From NCBI GenBank assembly GCA_951406725.2, contig OX597814.1, positions 173,972,001-174,036,000 of the forward strand: 64,000 nt of DNA. Reading direction: 5' to 3'. This stretch comes from Octopus vulgaris. Its lineage: Eukaryota. This document shows, in pieces, positions 50,901-62,464 of this stretch (position 1 is the stretch's first letter; each line of letters starts with the position of its first letter). The position numbers and the translations under genes were made by a program. The notes below the pieces were generated by a model. That model saw only the letters and a program-made list of their open reading frames with translations. It ran no database searches and was not told the origin of the DNA.

Positions 50901-52332
50901 TAACACATCATGTTCTGTAAGTTGTATAAAATCAGCCACTAAAGAAGTTAAAGGGTGGTGTAATGATTCAATAAATTGTGGTTTATTTGAAATGGAAGAA
51001 ATCTCGGTCATTTCATTTTCGCAAGTTTGGAGGTTTTAGAATTTCTGACTGAAAACTTGTTGTTTCATTGCCTTTTAATTTAATAAAATACAATTTTTCT
51101 AATCAAGCAAAATAGAATAAAATTGCTTTAAAGAAAAGCAGACTATTAATAGTTATTATTTTGGAAAATAGTGTTCTGAGAATTTTCTCAAAAACTAGCC
51201 AAAACAACTATTCTGACTCTAAATTTTTAAGCTTTTGCATAATTTTGATCAGAAAGATAGTTCAAGTTGTGAGGGCAAAATACAATTATAGAAAATCTGA
51301 AGAACTTCTTACAATTTTTCAGTGACAATTGAGGAAAGAACATGGAATTCTCAATGCTAGCACTCAAGTGTCTAAGTGAATGTGTTAGTAGGTGTATATG
51401 TATCTGTGTGTGCGTATTTATACATAAATGTGTATGTGTGTGTGCATGTATTTGAGTGTACATATACATATATACATGTGTGTGCAGAATATTGTCTTCA
51501 TTTACAGTTGAGTGGCATTCTCTTCCTTTCCTCTGGGGAGTTTTATTGACCAGTATTTTATTCTTGGAATGTTAAGGTGGTCAATATATGGGTTTAAATG
51601 GCACTGGAACAAACTGCAGTGTGTGTGTGTGTGTGTCTGTAGATGGAATCTGAAGTGGTATTGATAAAGTGTAAATGAATAAATTGTAAACAGACAAAAG
51701 CAATTCATACAGTAGTGCCAGGGATTTAAAACGTTGGTGGGAGAAGAATAAGAACAAAAGGCAGAGAGGGGGGATTCCTCCTCCCCTAACTGCTACCTAT
51801 ACTCATTGCTTATCTTTTCCTGTCAGCTATCACCCCTGACTGACTTATCTGCTTAATGGGATTCCTTTGACCATCAGTGGCACTCCCTTTCATCACACTG
51901 ACCTCAGCTTTACCTTCTCCACTCCTCTCTTTGTTTCATCTATATGTATGTGTATGTATGCTTGTAGGTGTGTGTGTGTGTTGGGGAGGTACATATGTGT
52001 ATGTATTCTTCAGAGCACCAGTAGTATATAAATCTACATTCCATCAACACTGTGGTCTTATTTTTTCCATTCAGTATTTCTATCATTTCTCAGTGAAATC
52101 TTGTTTATCATTTTAAACATTGGTCTGTTGCTAGGTTCTGAGTTCAAATTCACCCGACCCCACCCCTTCAGGAAATCAGGTGGTCTTTGCCTTTCATTCT
52201 TTTTCCAATTGATAAATTAAGTACTAGTGAAACACTGGTATAATCCACCCCCATCCCCAAATTTCTGGCCTTATGCCTTTAGTAGAAAGGATTATTCTAA
52301 AATATATTATTATTTTAAAATTTCTGGTTTAA

Positions 52333-52553
52333 CTTTTTAGCATTTAATCTGGCCATCTCTGACCAAAATGTTCTACCTGTTTTATGTTAAAACTGACCAC
52401 ATCCAATCCTCTCCCACATATCCTACAATGCCATTCTAAAAATATACCAACCCACCATTGAAACCTTGAAGCTACTAGATAATACATGAATAATTCAAAG
52501 CAATGTGAATAAATAAGCATTACATTTGACAAAGAAATTGGAATGCTAGAGGG
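52333..52553. mobile_element. piggyBac-type MITE P2
   Basis: TTAA flanks; homolog of 28023-28243. Confidence 0.8.
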
Positions 52554-52589
52554 TTAAGACAAATTAGTCAGACTTCAAGAAATGTATTA

Positions 52590-52978
52590 CTCTTTATTCT
52601 CTTTTATTCTTTTACTAGTTTCAGTCATTTGACTGGGGCCATGCTGGAGCACCGCCTTTAGTCGAGCAAATCGACCCCAGGACTTATTCTTTGTAAGCCT
52701 AGTACTTATTCTATCAGTCTCTTTTGCCGAACCACTAAGTTATGGGGGACATAAACACACCAGCATCGGTTGTCAAGTGATGTTGGTGGGGGGGAACAAA
52801 CGCAGACACACGCACACACATATATATATATACAATGGGCTTCGTTCAGCTTCCATCTACCAAATCCACTCACAAGGCTATAGTAGAAGACACTTCCCCA
52901 AGGTGCCATGCAGTGGGACTGAACCCGGAACTATGTGATTCATAAGCAAGCTACTTACCACACAGCCACTCCTGCATC
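52590..52978 (-). mobile_element. SINE family A
   Basis: Reverse-complement homolog. Confidence 0.9.
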
Positions 52979-54864
52979 TATTGCAGGATGATTTTTGTAA
53001 ACTACATTTTCTAAATCTGAGGTGCACTTTTGAATAGCGAGGAGCCTGTGCTGTCTAGTGTTCTCTTCACCTCTTTAGTGACAGGCTTGGACTATAGTAA
53101 AAGACACTTGACCAAGGTGTTATGTGGTGGAACTGAAATTGGAACTAAGTGACCAGAACTTGTGGCAATTTGCTGTACTTGAGAAGACACATCAAGCTAA
53201 ATAAATCATGACCATCTATACATACAGGCATGCCTTTTGCAGGTGCTAGTACCATGTAAATGCACTCATGCCACTGCTCCATACATGCACCCATGCAGGT
53301 GGTACCCATGCAGCACACTCTGGACATTAGGAAGGGCATGCAGCCATAGAAGCCACACTAAAGCAGACAATTGAAGATTGGCCAGCACCTATCAAACCAT
53401 CATACAGTTTTTGTTTTTAAAGCATTCACTCATTACAAGGTCCTTAGACCACTGAAAATGTAAGACACGAGCTGACAGTACCCGGTATGGGCCCCTATCC
53501 AGGGTTGCAGAAAGGAAACAACCTACAAAGAAATCCAGAATGGAGCCCCGTAGGTAGTTTAGTATTTGACTCAATACTGTTTCCGAATTTACCTCTTTAA
53601 TTATTGTTTGTCTCAGATATTCCAAACACTTCTCAGTTGCAGTCCATATATTTCGAAAGAGAGATTTGATAACACATGTACGTGCGCACGCACATACCCA
53701 CAAAATCTTAGACATAAACACACACAAATCTACTTAATGCCATGTAACTGAGTTTAAGTATAGCCTTTCAGTCCTTGATATTCAAGAAGCAGTTAAACTG
53801 ACATCATACATACTACTAAAAGTTTATTGACACTCTTATGAAAGTAAGTGTTGCTCAATATCCTGGTTTATCTTTTCCATGCATAAATTGCTATTTAAGG
53901 ATGTCTCTATGACCTAGTGATCACTAAGGCTTCACAAAGCACACAACACACCTCCCCTCCTAGCTCAGCTTATGGGTTTTTTTCCTGTTAAGTGGATAAC
54001 ATATATTAAAAAGGTAGTTTATATCATCCATTTCTCGGAAAAGAAAAAAAACTGGAATTAACCAAGTGACATTTGTACCTTAAAATACAGTTGTTTTTTA
54101 CTTGTGACATTTCCGATGTACTACTAAAATTTAGACATAAAATATTGACCAACCAGCAGAGTGTTTTAAATAGCTATATTGCTAACTAATTACAAATGTA
54201 TTCACTTTTCAGTCCTAGTTTGAACCTCCAAAAGCAAATTTCAAACATAGCCCAAGCTGTGGCTGTGTGGTTAAGAAGTTTGCTTTCTAACCATGTGGTC
54301 TTAGGATCGATCTCATTGTATGGCACTTTGGCTAAGTGTCTTCTACTATAGCCCCAGGTCAACCAAAGCCTTGTGAGTTGATACATCCCTGTCTTGGCAT
54401 TTTATTTTTATCACTGTTGTATCTCATCTCAATTGTGTATCTTAATTTCTTGTTTATTTATCACTCCTCTCTTTCTCTTTCCTACATTTAACCTTTTCTC
54501 CCCACTCCCATTAAAAAAAATTCTTTTGTCTTTCTCAGTATTTTATATTAACCTTAGTTCCTTGGTAAGATTCTCTGCCAATTTTCCCCATCCTCTTGAA
54601 AAAAAAAACCCACTTAAAATATATATCATCATCATCATTTTACATCCTTGTTCAATATTGGCGTAGGTTGGATGGTTTGATAAGATCAATAGACCCAACA
54701 ACTGCGTCATGCTCTTGTGTTAGCTTTAGCATTGGTTATCCTTCCTAATGCCGACCAATTTACAGTGCATGTAGGGTGCTGTTTTGTAATTTACTTTCAA
54801 AGATTCCAATAGGAAAAAAATGGAAGCATTCAACTTCTAATATGAACTATTTTGTATTTTTCAG

Positions 54865-55089
54865 GAACTAGTAAGGAAAGGCATACCTCACCCATTCCGA
54901 GGACTTGCCTGGCAGCTTCTGCTTAACGTTCATGATTCTCCTGCCAAAGAACGCTATGTAGACTACCTGAAGAAGACTTCCCCGAGTGAGAAGCTGATCA
55001 GGAGGGATATTGCACGCACATTCCCGGACCATGACTTCTTCAAAGAGAAGGATGGCCTTGGTCAGGAGAGTCTCTTCAATGTGATGAAG
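54865..55089 (+). CDS. EVI5: EVI5-like coding exon (225 nt), TBC domain with the IxxDxxR arginine finger
   Basis: tttttcag|GAA ... AAG|gtgagt. Encodes ELVRKGIPHPFRGLAWQLLLNVHDSPAKERYVDYLKKTSPSEKLIRRDIARTFPDHDFFKEKDGLGQESLFNVMK. Confidence 0.97.
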
Positions 55090-55220
55090 GTGAGTTATAT
55101 TTGATATGTATATATACCGGAGTAAACACATAAATGTGAAACAAGGTGGAAAAAAGAGTACTCAAATACCAGTGGTAGAGTAATATGCTTTATTTTAAGC
55201 AGCAGAAAATTCAACAAAAT

Positions 55221-55258
55221 CTGTTACTCTGAGTTTCTCGTTGCCGTTCATCAGACAG
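55221..55258 (-). ncRNA. Minimal type-I hammerhead ribozyme motif (inverted copy)
   Basis: Reverse complement reads CTGT-CTGATGA-aCG GCAA CGa-GAAA-CTCAGAG-TA^-ACAG. Confidence 0.75.
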
Positions 55259-55270
55259 TTCTAGCAAAAA

Positions 55271-55308
55271 CTGTCTGATGAACGGCAATGAGAAACTCAG
55301 AGTAACAG
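55271..55308 (+). ncRNA. Minimal type-I hammerhead ribozyme motif (PLE-associated)
   Basis: CTGT-CTGATGA-aCG GCAA TGa-GAAA-CTC A GAG-TA^-ACAG: intact CUGAUGA/GAAA/UH core, stem I CTGT/ACAG, short stem II with GNRA loop. Confidence 0.75.
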
Positions 55309-55375
55309 ATTTTGTTGAATTTTCTGCTGCTTAAAATAGAGTATATATATATATATATATATTAATCAAAGTATA

Positions 55376-55607
55376 TTTTTTTACTACCCACAAGGGGCTA
55401 AATACAGAGGGGACAAACAAGGACAGACAAAGAGATTAAGTCGATTACATCGACCCCAGTGTGTGTAACTGGTACTTAATTTATCGACCCCGAAAGGATG
55501 AAAGACAAAGTTGACCTCAGCAGAATTTGAACTCGGAACGTAACGACAGACGAAATACGGCTACGCATTTCGCCCAGTGTGCTATCATTTCTGCCAGCTC
55601 ACCGCCT
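55376..55607 (-). mobile_element. SINE family B with 18-bp TSD
   Basis: TSD tatattaatcaaagtata at 55358-55375 and 55608-55625. Confidence 0.9.
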
Positions 55608-56247
55608 TATATTAATCAAAGTATAAAGTATTATTGATCCATTTCAGCCAATCTTACAAATAGGTTTCACATTGGATAACAAGGTGGCTATCTAATACAT
55701 GGTGCTCTTCAGGGTTGGCAGGTATGGAAGCCATCCTTAAAGATCTATTGTACTGTATACTTAGATTAATATACCCACTCTGTTATATAACTGTACGAGT
55801 GCCTATTTTACCTGACTTATGGGTTCTTAGATAACTATAGGTGTGAGTGTGTGTGCGTGTATTTTATATTTACTGGTATTTGTGTCTTATTCATTTTTTT
55901 GTTTTAGTGAGTGTTTTTAGTAGTTATCTCATTTAACAAAGCCACTCTTTAGCAAAATCTAATCTCTCCCATCAAGAAGTAATTCTTGATGTGCTGCTTC
56001 CTGTTTCAGCTATCTAGTTTCTTCCTTTTTTTCTGCTCCAATCTCTCTCTCTCTCTCTCTCAAAAGAAGAAAGTAAAGAAACCAGATTAACAGAGTAATA
56101 GACTCCAAACCAAAGTGTCAATGGTTCATAGCTTGTCTCCAGCAATCTCATAATCAAGATGCTTAACTCCCAGTGGCTCAGTCAACAAAGCTGTAAACAT
56201 ATAAATATCCTTAAAGAAATTTTTATTTTTAATAGTTACACAGTTAC

Positions 56248-56662
56248 GCAGGAGTGGCTGTGTGGTAAGTAGCTTGCTAAACAACCACATGGTTCCGGGT
56301 TCAGTCCCACTGCGTGGCATCTTGGGCAAGTGTCTTCTGCTATAGCCCCGGGCCGACCAATGCCTTGTGAGTGGATTTGGTAGACGGAAACTGAAAGAAG
56401 CCTGTCGTATATATATGTATATATATATATGTGTGTGTGTATGTGTTTGTGTGTCTGTGTTTGTCCCCCTAGCATTGCTTGACAACCGATGCTGGTGTGT
56501 TTACGTCCCCGTCACCTAGCGGTTCGGCAAAAGAGACCGATAGAATAAGTACTGGGCTTACAAAGAATAAGTCCCGGGGTCGATTTGCTCGACTAAAGGC
56601 GGTGCTCCAGCATGGCCACAGTCAAATGACTGAAACAAGTAAAAGAGTAAAGAGTAAAGAGA
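56248..56662 (+). mobile_element. SINE family A (young)
   Basis: Full length, many CpGs retained. Confidence 0.9.
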
Positions 56663-56717
56663 GATAATTTTAGTTAATTGTAGATTTTAAGCTCACTGTA
56701 TTACAGTGTACTTGAGA

Positions 56718-56876
56718 CTTCTCTCCTTGTTTCTTTCTGTGTTCCTTTCTGTGGAAGAGCATAGGCTCGAAACGTTAAAGACTTTTTCACTTCCTGAGCA
56801 TTATACTAATACTTCTGTTTGTTATCTACACCACCTGCCTTCGTCTTTTGTTTTTTTTTTTTTGTGAATTCTCCCT
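56718..56876 (+). mobile_element. Short PLE-terminus-like repeat with variant hammerhead, beside a (TA)n tract
   Basis: Contains CTTT CTGTGGAA GAGC ATAG GCTC GAAA CG TT AAAG; second copy at 20678-20835. Confidence 0.65.
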
Positions 56877-57216
56877 ATATATATATATATTTGATATGCC
56901 AAACATTCCTCTGAGTATTTTTCCCCCAGCTTTCTTGCAGATATTTGGAATCAACACCACTACAGTTCCTCTATTTCTGTGTATGATATAATGATCTCTT
57001 CTAAGTCTAACATCATTAAAGATATGTAATAAAATAAAATTGAAACATGTCCAATTGCTTTCACCATATAGCAGTTGGCTTTAAAAATAAAATCTATTCT
57101 ATCCCTATCTATATTGTAAAAGTAACTAGTATTTTTGTTTATTTTGTTTGTGAAAATTTTATGTTGAATATATAGAACTGATATTAATGTTGCTGTTGTT
57201 GTTATCACTGTTCCAG

Positions 57217-57291
57217 GCCTATTCCTTACATGACAGGGAAGTGGGATACTGCCAAGGTAGTGGTTTCATTGTAGGATTGTTACTCATGCAG
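57217..57291 (+). CDS. EVI5: EVI5-like coding exon (75 nt), TBC domain with the YxQ glutamine finger
   Basis: ttccag|GCC ... CAG|gtaagt. Encodes AYSLHDREVGYCQGSGFIVGLLLMQ. The expected next exon (MPEEEAF-like) was not found before 64000. Confidence 0.97.
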
Positions 57292-57328
57292 GTAAGTTGA
57301 TTAGTCTCTTTTATATTCATAGAAATAT

Positions 57329-57413
<85 letters not shown>

Positions 57414-57467
57414 TGTAATGAAATAAAAAAAACAAGGCTGTGTAGATTTTAGAACATTTATAAATAG

Positions 57468-57515
57468 GTCTTACAGCTGTTTCTAAGATATTTATTATAT
57501 CCCTTCATCAGAGAC
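57468..57515 (-). ncRNA. Type-I hammerhead ribozyme motif with palindromic stem III (PLE-associated)
   Basis: Reverse complement reads GTCT-CTGATGA-aGGGATAT aataa ATATCTTa-GAAA-CAGCTG-TA^-AGAC. Confidence 0.8.
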
Positions 57516-57788
57516 TGTGTGAGAAGATGGTTTAGCAATAGTTAATTTAGATAAGATATGAAATAGAGAGTGAGGTAGAGGAATGAAAATCATATATATA
57601 TATATATATAATAATAAAGAATATTGTTTTTCTCTTTCGAAAAAGTTTTTCACAGAATTGCTTGGAAGTGCTCAGGTCAAACCTGAAACCCTAGATATTA
57701 TATAACTTGGTATTAGAAGAGACAAAAATGTAGATAATCATTCTATATTTATGATCTACATCAACATAATAAATAAATACATATAACA

Positions 57789-58210
57789 TAAAATTACATC
57801 AAGACAAGGAACATATCTATATATTATTTAGAAAGAAATAAGAGTTATATGAGGTAAAAATGTACATGAAAAGGGTAAATAAATAACAGTTGATATATCA
57901 ATTAAAAATCATATTAAATTTAAGCTTAAAGTTAAAAAAAACATTGAAATAAGGATTAAAAGTTATAAGATACATTGACAGTAGTAAGAAATCCTAATTA
58001 AAATTACATCAAGACAAGGAACATATCTATATATTATTTAGAAAGAAATAAGAGTTATATGAGGTAAAAATGTACATGAAAAGGGTAAATAAATAACAGT
58101 TGATATATCAATTAAAAATCATATTAAATTTAAGCTTAAAGTTAAAAAAAACACTGAAATAAGGATTAAAAGTTATAAGATACATTGACAGTAGTAAGAA
58201 ATCCTAATTA
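57789..58210. repeat. Near-perfect 210-bp tandem duplication
   Basis: 'aaattacatcaagacaagg' recurs at 57791 and 58001; I see one substitution between units (acattgaaat/acactgaaat). Confidence 0.95.
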
Positions 58211-58734
58211 TGGATTAGTTCCAAAGAAATGTTTGTAGAGGGTTATAACATCAATATAAAGCAATTCAATGACTGTTTCTGGAGTCTATTAGTCAACAGG
58301 TATGTATCCTTTAGAAACCATCAGCGGATATGAAGCCCAAGAAACCTTGCCAAATCAGACTGGCACCTGGTGCAGCACTCCATCTTACCAGTTCCAGTCC
58401 AACTGTCTAACCCATGCCAGCATGGAAAGCAGACGTTAAATGATGAGGGTGATGATGAGACACACATGTGCAATGAGCTTCTGCGAAGTTTCCCCTTGTT
58501 CATTTTCATTCATAGAGCATTGATTGGCCTGAGGCTATGGTAGAAAACACATGGGACTAAACCCAAGTTCATGTAATTGTGAAGCAAACTTCTTAACTTC
58601 ACAGTTAACATCTTTGAGAAAGGGCTTCCAATATAGTTCCAGGTTGACCAATGCTTTATCATTGAATTTGATAAAAGGAAACTCTACAAAGCCTGTTGTG
58701 TGTGAGCGTGTGTATGTGTGTGTGTATATAATAT

Positions 58735-59046
58735 ATCACCGTGATCACCGTGACCAACCAAGCCATCAGATGTTGTTACACATCGCTGGTCACAATGCGC
58801 TTCACACTGTTTTAGCCTTCAAATGACGCCACCCCGCTGGCTAAGCGAGCAGGCCAACAGAAGAAAGAGTGAGAGAAAGTTGTGGCGAAAGAGTACAGCA
58901 GGGATCACCACCACCCCCTGCCGGAGCCTCGTGGAGCTTTAGGTGTCTTCGCTCAATAAACACTCACAACGCCCGGTCTGGGAATCGAAACCACGATCCT
59001 ATGACCACGAGTCCGCTGCCCTAACCACTAGGCCATTGCGCCTCCA
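58735..59046 (-). mobile_element. tRNA-derived SINE family C2 (same head and body as C1, different tail)
   Basis: Reverse complement: ggaggcgcaatggcctagtggttagggcagcggactc..gccacaactttctctcactctttc, then an unrelated tail. Confidence 0.85.
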
Positions 59047-59214
59047 CATATAATATATACACATGTCTATATATGTATAGGCCCATAGTATGGCTGTGTG
59101 GTAAGAAGTTTACTTCCAAACCACATGGTTCCAGATTCAGTTCAACTATACGACTATTTGGTTATTCAGGAATGGATTTTTGATAGATGGAAACTGAAAG
59201 AACCTTGTCATATA

Positions 59215-59945
59215 TCATCATCATCATCATCATCATTTAACGTCCGCTTTCCATGCTAGCATGGGTTGGACAATTTGACTGAGGTCTGGCGAACCAGACT
59301 CCAATCTGATCTGGCAGAGTTTCTACAGCTAGATTCCCTTCCTAACACCACCACTTCGAGAGTTTAGTGGGTGCTTTTATGTGCCACCGGCACGAGGGCC
59401 AGTTAGGTGGTACTGGCAATGGCCACACTCAAATGGTGCTTTTTATGTGCCACCTGCAAGGGAGCCAGTGCCGCTGGACTGGCAACGACCTCACTCAAAT
59501 GTTTTTTTTCATGTACCACCAGCACAAGTGCTAGTAAGGCGACGCAGGTAACAATCACGCTCAAATGGTGATTTTAACGTGCCATCGGCATGAAGGCCAG
59601 CTCGTTGCTCTGGTAACGATCTCACTCGTATATATATATATATATATCTCGTGCCGGTGGCACGTAAAAAGCACCATCCGATCATGGCCATTGCCAGCCT
59701 CGCCTGGCCCTCGTGCTGGTGGCACGTAAAAAGTACCATCCAATCATGGCCGTTTGCCAACCTCATCTGGCACCTAAAAAGCACCCACTACACTCATGGA
59801 GTGGTTGGCGTTAGGAAGGGCATCCAGCCTTAGAAACACTGCCAGATCAGACTGGGCCTGGTGCAGCCTTCTGGCTTCACAGACCCCAGTTGAACCGTCC
59901 AACCCATGCTAGCATGGAAAGCGGACGCAAAACGATGATGATGAT
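59215..59945. mobile_element. Two RTE 3'-tail copies head to head (59215-59628 minus, 59648-59945 plus) inside a split SINE
   Basis: (CAT)n at the left end, (ATG)n at the right end, (TA)n between. SINE-A halves at about 59090-59212 and 59955-60170. Confidence 0.85.
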
Positions 59946-60767
59946 TATGATGATATCTTTGTGTTTGTATCATGTTTGTCCCCCATCACTGCTTGATAAT
60001 CAGTGGTGAGTTGTTTACATCCCTGTAACATAGCAGTTTAGCAAAAGAAGCGAATAGAATAAGTACCAAGCTTAAATAATGAGTGCAGGGTATTGATTCG
60101 TTTGAATAAACCTTACAGGGCAGTGCCCCAGCATGGCTGCAGCTCAGTGACTGATACAAATAAAAGATTTATATATACTCTATAGTCATAAGCTGAACAT
60201 AATGCTTGTCTAGTCTAAGCTAGTGTACATCAAGGATAGTTAAAATAATAAGTTAAATTATATAACACTAAAAAAAGGTTTATTATTTCCTTTATCGTTT
60301 TCATCTCTTTTGCTATCCCCTTAGCACACCAACATAAACAGACTCTATTTTACATATTTTGCAATTTTTCTTTTTCACTTATACTAAATAATTGTTTAAT
60401 TGTACTTTTGGCACAAGATTTGATCTGCCATCATGTATTTAAGCTTAAAAGAAAATTGTAATCCTGACCCTAACAAGAGTTGTCTCTGTTATCATTCGTA
60501 TTTGTTTCAAAATGTTTCACCATACATTTACATAAAGCTTGGTTACTATTGGTCCATTTCCTTATCCGTTTTCATAACAACAGAGACTGAAATGCAGCAT
60601 AATGGACTGTCTGTGTCTAAAGTTGATGCACAATAATATAAATTATGTTGAAAAATAGTAAATGTAATGTTTATGTATATCCACTATATGTATAGTGTTT
60701 TAAGTCATCCCTTGGACTGACATTACCACAATGCATTGTATGTTGTTGTTATTAGTATTAATTCAAA

Positions 60768-61540
60768 GGTAGTGAGCTGGCAGAATCGTTAGCATGCTGG
60801 ACAAAATGTTTAGCAGCATTCCATCTATCTTTAAGTTCTGAGTTCGAATTCCACCAGGGTTGATTTTGCCTTTCATCCTTTCGGGATCGATAAATTAAGT
60901 ACCAGTTGTATAATCTAATCGACTGCCCCCTCCCCTAAATTTCAGGCCTTGTGCCTTTAGTAGAAGGATTATAATTATTAATTCATTATTAATTTATATA
61001 AGTGGTAGATATATAATTTGATGATTAATACTGTTTAGAGATTAGATTCAGTAATTCTAAAATAAAATATACGCTGGGTTTTTTTAATAATCATATAATC
61101 AATTTTAATTAGTCAGTGACATTTGTAATTTACAATTAAATTCATGTCTGTTGAAACAAGCAAAAGTAATAATAATAATCCTTTCTACTATAGGCACAAG
61201 GCCTGGATTTTATGGGGAGGGGGACAGTCAATCACATCGACCCCAGTACTCAACTGGTATTTTATTTATCAATCCCAAAAGGATGAAATGCAAAGTTGAC
61301 CATGGCAGAATTTGATCTTAGAACATGAAGATGGACAAAATGCTGCTAAGCATTTTGCCCAGCATGCTAACAATTCTGCCAGCTCACCATCTAGTAATAA
61401 TAATAAGAAGAAGGTCTGAAATTTGGGGGGGAGGGGACTAGTCAATTACATCGACCCTGGAGTTTCACTGGTACTTAATTTATCAACCCTGAAAGGTTGA
61501 AAGGCAAAGTCACTCTGGCAGAATTTGAACTCAGAACATA
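60768..61540. mobile_element. Cluster of three SINE-B copies (60768-60970 plus; 61178-61390 and 61410-61540 minus)
   Basis: Homologs with the alternative tail ggccttgtgcct..agtagaaagga. Confidence 0.85.
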
Positions 61541-61542
61541 AA

Positions 61543-61568
61543 TAATAATAATAATAATAATAATAATG

Positions 61569-61604
<36 letters not shown>

Positions 61605-61630
61605 ATAATAATAATAACAACAGCAACAAC
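61543..61630. repeat. (AAT)n(TAG)n(AAC)n compound microsatellite
   Basis: Seen directly. Confidence 0.95.
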
Positions 61631-62094
61631 AGGTTTGAAATTTTGACACAAGGCCAGCAAGTTCAGGAGAGAGCTTAGTCAATTACATCACCTGTTCTTG
61701 TTGATACAATTGTTAAAAAACTTACTGTATCAATTATCATTGCAGCAACAAAATTCTCACAAGAAATTGAATTACATTTTGAACAGCTAATGTCTAAACC
61801 TTTATTTATTTATATATTTTAATTTTATGTGCCATGCCTCCATGGACTGCTTTGCTAAAGTCTGAAGAATCATGGTTTTGTGGGAAAAGAAACAGCAATG
61901 GTTTATTGTTACCTTTTGCCAGTTTATTTACAATTTATTTTGCTAGCCTCCTGCACTCTCGAGCTTGCCCTTGAGACACAGAGCCTATTTAACCCTTAGG
62001 CAGAAGACTGGTTCCCTTGACATCAGGATACCAGTGAACCTGTGTCACATGTCTAGGGGCCAACCCTCATCTTAGTCCTATATACTTTTGAAAG

Positions 62095-62273
62095 CGGGTC
62101 ATATATTTGACCCATAACTAGGGCTCTTCACAGATATTACCACTCTGGGCTAAAACTGACAGAAGAGTAGTAATAACTAAGGGTAACTCTACACTCCCCA
62201 AACTCCTAAAGTCTCAAGCTGGAACATCACTGCTGAATCCAATTTACTGTCTTGCCCAGCACAAAGTCCTTGA
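62095..62273 (-). mobile_element. Old SINE-like fragment of a further family
   Basis: Minus strand resembles a cephalopod SINE body as I recall it (ggggagtgtagagttaccctt..cccagagtggtaatatctg..tatgggtcaaata). Single copy in this window. Confidence 0.4.
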
Positions 62274-62464
62274 GTAGCAGCAGCAAAAACTAATGCGTTG
62301 ATGACACATAAGTCAATCGTGATGAATGGTTATAAATCTTTCCTTTACATGGTTGATAGTCCTGTTTGCTGGATTCTCTACATATAAACAAACAAACAAA
62401 TCTAAACTTAGTTATACATGAAGAAATTCAACTTGAATAAAGAAACAGAAGCAAGGACAGTTAC

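Larger units (their letters stand above)
55117..55340. mobile_element. PLE terminal remnant with a 70-bp inverted duplication
   Basis: Arms 55191-55260 and 55269-55338, 8-nt loop, one mismatch. Flanked by TA runs and contains two hammerhead motifs. Confidence 0.7.
57411..58320 (-). mobile_element. Probable PLE 3' remnant (AT-rich, hammerhead at its end, internal 210-bp duplication)
   Basis: Begins at a (TA)n/(CA)n tract; hammerhead at 57468-57515. Extent inferred from composition. Confidence 0.5.

Noticed and set aside
53470-53560. GC-richer segment, possibly a LINE 5'UTR or HDV-like ribozyme (similar unexplained patches at about 34390-34580 and 61940-62080)
   Set aside because: I could not assign the nested double-pseudoknot pairings by eye; it needs a covariance-model search.
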